A DNA stretch of 64,000 bases, from positions 96,929,604 to 96,993,603 of the forward strand of contig NC_092383.1 in assembly GCF_030028105.1 (NCBI RefSeq), written 5' to 3'. The position numbers and the translations under genes are program-made. The notes below the pieces were generated by a model, which did not search any database, was not told where the DNA came from, and saw nothing but the letters and a program-made list of their open reading frames with translations. This DNA is from Mobula birostris. Taxonomy: Eukaryota. This document shows positions 59,805-64,000 of the stretch, in pieces (position 1 is the first letter of the stretch; each line of letters opens with the position of its first letter).

Positions 59805-61199
59805 ACAAACACCTCAAAGTTCAGAGTACATGTATGATCAAAGTGTGCATACGTTATGTAACCCTGAGATTTATCTTTTTATGGACAGTCACAAAACAAG
59901 AATCTCAAAAGAACCCATGAAAACAGAACGACAACAAGCACCCAATGTGCAGAGAGAGACAGAGAAACAACACACCAATCCTGCAAACAATAAAAGGCAG
60001 CCAAAGCGTTCAGAATGAAAGTGAGCCCAGAGAGCATCCGGAGCAGGCCACACCCTCAGCTTCAGTTCATCACACAGCAGGGCAAAACGTCACGGAGCTG
60101 GCATACATGAACCCTGGACCACTCGGAGCAGGCCCAAGCCTCAGTCTCAATATGCAACAAAACATGTGACACTCACCTCCAGACCCAACGCACGGCCTTT
60201 TCAATCCATCTGGCTCAGCGTTTAAATCATCCAAACATCGCTCGAAGACCAGGCCCTGTCACATCAACATGATGTAGCCCGGATCCTACCGCCATGTCTC
60301 AGCTCGTACCCGAGCTTTCAACGTTGGCCCAGTGCTAGATCGATCAGACATCGGTCTTGGCTGAGGTGGGCGGCTGTGAATCCTCTCCACTCCAACTTTT
60401 CTTTGTTTTGCCGACCCCAGCTCCATCTCAACCATGTCTCCACCTCGCTCCAACCTCTCACACCTGCACGCCTCGGCCCTCGAGTCAGCCTCGTCTTCCT
60501 TGTGTGCGGAGATCATTTACCACAATCACCTGACAAATAAGACAGCTGTCATTCTTGTCCATAGCCTCATGTCTGGGAAACCCTCCCGTTCCAATGCAGA
60601 ACAAACATTCCACAATTTATGGAACTTCATATGATGATAACTGTAGCACCCCATTTCTGTTGCCATCTCCTCCAAAAGCACAGGGATGTAAATCATTGGG
60701 TCCTTGGGATTTATCGACATCAACCTGTTTCAATGGACTTATTGAATCATACCTATTCCCATCAATTTTTCATTCTCATGTGACTCTTGGTTCTCTGATA
60801 CTTGCAGGTTTTAATTTGCCTTTACCCTTAAAACAGACACAAAGTAAATGTTTAACGCCGCCTCTGTCCCACATCCCTGCCCCTGTCCCTGTGACTGATC
60901 CCCTATTCCGCTCCTTGTTTCCCGTCTCAGAATGTGTCACATCACCAGATCGGAATTAACTTCCTGATTCCACCCCCAATCTGTGAGCAGATGAATGTCC
61001 CTGTAGGGGAGCGGGTGTGTGACTCAGTGCCAGGTTCACACTGAAGCATTGCACACAGTCCCGGTCACAGTTTGGGCTGATCACAGTCTTGGGTCTGCTC
61101 CTGGGCCAGATTCAGACATGGTCTGTGCTGATCACAGTCCTGGGTCTGCTGCACTTGGATCAGATTCAGACACGGTCTGGGCTGGGTCACACCTGGATG

Positions 61200-61540
61200 T
61201 AGAAGGGAAACTGGGACCACTTACAATAGTGACAACAGATGTGGACCTGGAGAGGATTGCTGGGAATCAAAGCCATAAACAGGGCACTGTGGATTTTTTA
61301 TGGATGTTTGCGGGCAGTGGTTGGGAAAGTGGGAACTTACTCCAGCAACAACTGCTGAAATGAAGGTTGAGGGAAGAGTTAAAGTGATGGGTGAAATGAA
61401 CTGGGACTGGCTTAAAGTTCACTTGGGACTGTTGGGGATGGAATGCAGGAATTGGGAATCGAGGTGTCCATGAGGATCTGCTTAACTCATCTTTCATTGT
61501 TCCTGCTCAACCTCAGACCCCGTGTCAGGAACATACATCA
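61200..61540 (+). pseudogene. Remnant of a third, more diverged receptor paralogue (pre-C2 intron + first about 8 codons of C2 exon)
   Basis: The intron aligns to 16380-16676. Acceptor cctcag|accccgtgtcaggaacatacatca (DPVSGTYI versus EPVSGANI) at 61517, after which homology stops. Confidence 0.65.
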
Positions 61541-62199
61541 TGGTTTATTCATTTTCATAGACACTGCCTGAACTTTTGAGATCCTACAGTATTTTGTGTG
61601 TGTCGCTCATGGTTCTGAACATTATCGAGACCTTTAACCTCACCTGGATCTGCTTCATGACCTTGGGCATCCCACCAGCTTCAGCTGGTGAAGGGGAGGA
61701 GAATCTGTGAGAAATGCCAGCATACATCACTTCTGAAATCATGGAGAGATGGAAGAAGTTCATCACACAGCTTAACCCATGCATTGGCAAAGTGATGGGA
61801 CAGTATGGATAGGGCTTCACTTTATGTCAAACATGTGCACATTTATTTTGCAAAGAGTGGTTTATTTACAATATTTACACTGCTCACAGTTAACTCCTTA
61901 CAAATATTCATGCAATTAAAACATCAAATTAAATTATGATCTTCCTTGCCCAGGATGCAATCCAGCCTTTGTAATGTCCACTGATACCTGAACGCATCCA
62001 ACGTGCCAGTGAACAGTACGTACTCTCTTTCCAAACCCCCATCAAAGGATTGAGCTGAGTTACTGATTCTCAGCAGATCTGCTGCACTGGAGCCAGAAAC
62101 AAAAATATAGCCCAAGTCTTTGAGTTGTCCTGGTCCAGCTTGTTCTTCCACCAAGTGAACACTGGAGGGCAGCACAGACAGGAGGTCTCAGACCCCAAC

Positions 62200-64000
62200 C
62201 CAGAATGAAATGAATGCAGGGACAGTGTATTCTGTGTGGTATGTGGGAAGTGTGGGACACCTCCAGTCTCCCAGATAAACACAACTGCACCAGGTGCACG
62301 AGTTTCAGCTCCTGAGAGACCATATTAAGGAACAGGATCTCAGTTTGATGTCCTTTCACTCATACGGGAGAATGAAGAGTATATAGAGTACACCTGTGGC
62401 CATTCTCCTCAATAATAACTTCAGATACTCTTGAGGGGGATGACCTACCAGGGAGGAGCCACAATGACCGGGTCTCTGTCACTGAGTCTGGTGCTGTGGC
62501 TCAGATGAGCAGAGAGGTGAAGAGAGCTGCAGTACTGATAGGAGATTCCTTCGTCAGAGGAACAGAGATGAGATTCTGTCGGTGAGATAGAGACACATGA
62601 ATGGAATATTGCCTCCCTGATGACAGGATCTGTGATGACTTGCTTTGTGTCCATGACATTGCAAGAGCAAGGTTGAGCAGGTAGGTATTGGTACATGTTG
62701 GCAGCAATGACATAGGTAGATAAGGTGAGGAGGTCCTGAGGAGAGATTTTATGGAGCTGGGTAGAAAGCTGAGAAACAGAACTATCAGGATGGTAATCAC
62801 TGGATTGCTGCCTGTGCCATGTGCCATGGAGGGTAAGAATAGGATGATTTGGAAGGTGAACATGTAGCTGAGGAACCGGAGCGTGAGGTAAGGGTTCAGA
62901 TTTATGGGTCTTTGTGATCTCTCCTGGGGCAGCTATGACCTGTACAAAAAGGATAGGCTACACCTGATACCGAGGGTCTCCAATATCCTCGTGGGCAGGT
63001 TGGCTGGAGTTGTTTGGGTGGGTTTAAACAAGTTCAGCAGGGGGTTGGGAACTGGAATGATAGTGCTGAAGTTAAGCGCTATCAGATGCAAACAGATGCA
63101 ATGTGTAGTGAGACTCCTAGCAGGGAGACCAACATGATAGGGAATAATTGCAGACAACAGGAAGAGTTGTAATGTAAAAGGTGTTCAGAATCGAGAAAGG
63201 TGAATACAGAACTAAAGGTGCCATATTTAAATGCGGGCAGAATATGGAATAAGGTTGATAAACTTGTAGCAAGGTTACAGATTGGCAAATGATGTTGTAG
63301 GCATCACTGAATTCAGGCTGAACGATGATTATAGCTGCATTTTATGTCCAAGGATACACAATGCATTGAAAGAATAGGCAGGAAGGCAGAGGTAGTGGCG
63401 TTGATCTGTTGGCAAAAAAGAAATTAAATCATGAGAAAGAAGTGATTTAGGGTCAGAAGACAATGAATCATTGTGGATAGAGCTAAGGAACTGCAAGGGA
63501 AAAGAGACCCTGATGGGTGTGATCCACAGATGCCCAAACAGTAGTAAGGATGTGGTCTACAAGTTACAATGTTAGATGGGAAATGGTTGCTAAAAGGGCA
63601 ATGTTACAGTCGTCATGAGGGATTTCAACATGCAGGTAGATTGGGAAAATCAGGATTCCAAGAGGGGGAATTTCTAGCATACGAGATGGCTTTTTACAGC
63701 AGCTTGTGTTTGAGCCCAGTAGGGGATCAACTATTCTGGATTAGGTGTTGTGCAATGAACCAGAATTGATCAGAGAGCTTAAGGTAAAAGAAACCTAAGG
63801 GGAAAGTTATCATAATATAGACACATAAACTGTAAAAGAGAGGTGAGAGTGGATATTGACCACTGAATAATGGTACTGTTATTGGGGACAAGGAAATCGC
63901 AGACAAACTGATTGAGTATTTTGCATCAGTCTTACTGTGGAAGAATCTAGCAGTGGGGTAGAAGTTTCAGGTATCAGGGGTCATGTAATGTGTGAAGTTA
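62200..64000 (+). mobile_element. Old degenerate CR1: ORF1 (Zn finger + SGNH esterase) and start of ORF2 endonuclease
   Basis: Cys pairs plus LLRD..EL, then AVLIGDSFVRG and VHVGSNDIG, then YLNA.., V.GITE and ESLWIELRN..G. There are many stops and frameshifts. Confidence 0.8.

Noticed and set aside
61584-62175. Minus-strand ORFs 61584..61820 and 61924..62175 (and 60526..60723), with vague resemblance to a transposon or Myb/SANT protein
   Set aside because: I could not assign a family by eye. A blastx/HMM search is needed, so no call was made.

Overview
This is eukaryotic, vertebrate DNA, most likely from a cartilaginous fish (inferred from the mix of CR1, Penelope, RTE, Rex-Babar and L1 repeats). 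No prokaryotic features, RNA genes or CRISPR arrays were seen. The host-gene content is a tandem pair of CD2/SLAM-family immunoglobulin receptor genes on the + strand, each with V, C2, transmembrane and two cytoplasmic exons. Copy A has exons in 13111-21602 and copy B in 46624-55510. A truncated third paralogue lies near 61.2-61.5 kb, and a partial inverted copy of the upstream block lies at 650-5068. Copy B encodes an ITIM+ITSM tail (IIYTDL, TEYAAV) and a transmembrane Glu. Copy A keeps the ITIM but has lost the ITSM. No intact signal-peptide exon was found for either copy, so their functionality is uncertain. The rest of the window is a dense nest of retroelements. Two of them carry host coding sequence. 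A Gypsy LTR element has its central pol replaced by an intron-less myosin heavy-chain rod fragment (27034-33979). A TSD-flanked RTE-like insert carries an order-swapped CYHR1/ZFTRAF1 fragment (8718-9344). All family assignments come from motif recognition by eye, not from database searches.
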